Assembly: GCF_006345805.1 (NCBI RefSeq)
Contig: NC_043020.1
Span: 6,944,001-7,008,000 of the forward strand
Reading direction: 5' to 3'
Source: Octopus sinensis
Taxonomy: Eukaryota
DNA: 64,000 nt
Below the pieces are notes generated by a model. The model saw only the letters and a program-made list of their open reading frames with translations. It was not told the DNA's origin and did no database searches. Position numbers and translations under genes: made by a program. This document shows, piece by piece, positions 63,533 to 64,000 of this stretch. Positions within the stretch are counted from its first letter, which is position 1. Each line of letters starts with the position of its first letter.

Positions 63533-64000
63533 TGTTGCAAAGCATTTAGAGTGGAGTAAAAACCTACAGAATTGGTCCCTAGAGCAGTGGAAGAATGTTA
63601 TTTTCTCAGACGAGTCATCCTTTACCTTATTTCTGACCACCAGCTGAGTATATGTGTGGACACAGCCAAAAGAAGCATTTGACCCAGACTGCCTTCGTCC
63701 AACTGTTAAACATGGAGAAGGATCTATGATCTTGGGGGCTATATCTTGGAAATCCACCATCTCAATGGTTTCCCTTCATGGCAGAATTAATAGTCAAGAC
63801 TATTTAAGCATTTTATCTGATCAAATTCATCCTACGGTTGTGGAACTGTTTCCGGGAGGAAACGCAATCTTTCAGGATAATAATGCACCAATTCACAGAG
63901 CTAAAGTTGTTACTGAATGGTACGAGGAACATTCTAGTGAAGTTAAACATCTTATCTGGCCACCACAGTCCCAGATCTCAATATTATTTAACATTTATGG
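63533..64000 (+). mobile_element. Tc1-like transposase catalytic-domain pseudogene, runs off the window
   Basis: WKNVIFSDES...PTVKHGEGS...AIFQDNNAPIHRAKVVTEWYEEHSSEVKHLIWPPQS(PDLNII*HLW after a 1-nt frameshift). Contains an internal TGA and a TAA at the catalytic Glu position. Confidence 0.9.

Noticed and set aside
1-64000. Most long ORFs in the track (poly-[18 protein letters not shown] and similar)
   Set aside because: They are translations of di-, tetra- and 24-nt tandem repeats with no protein-family signal or splice context.

Overview
Repeat-dense animal genomic DNA. The SINE families and the extreme microsatellite load resemble octopod cephalopods; this is inference, not a database result. 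One protein-coding gene is supported: the 3' part of a PP2A B'' regulatory subunit (PPP2R3A/B orthologue) on the minus strand. Six GT-AG exons (62574-62526, 60826-60740, 59511-59367, 57343-57194, 56238-56141, 39665-39506) splice in frame to about 228 aa with a canonical EF-hand and a TAG stop; the 5' exons lie beyond the window end. The rest is microsatellite, minisatellite, at least four tRNA-headed SINE families, RTE and CR1 LINE remnants, decayed Tc1/mariner elements and a MITE carrying telomeric repeats. Almost all listed ORFs are repeat artefacts. The most striking unexplained structure is a set of type I hammerhead-ribozyme motifs of the kind associated with Penelope-like elements. These include a near-perfect minimal one at 50303-50347, one on the sense strand of the last PPP2R3 intron, and three fold-back palindromes carrying a hammerhead core on each strand downstream of the gene. 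Repeat boundaries are approximate unless exact ends are stated.
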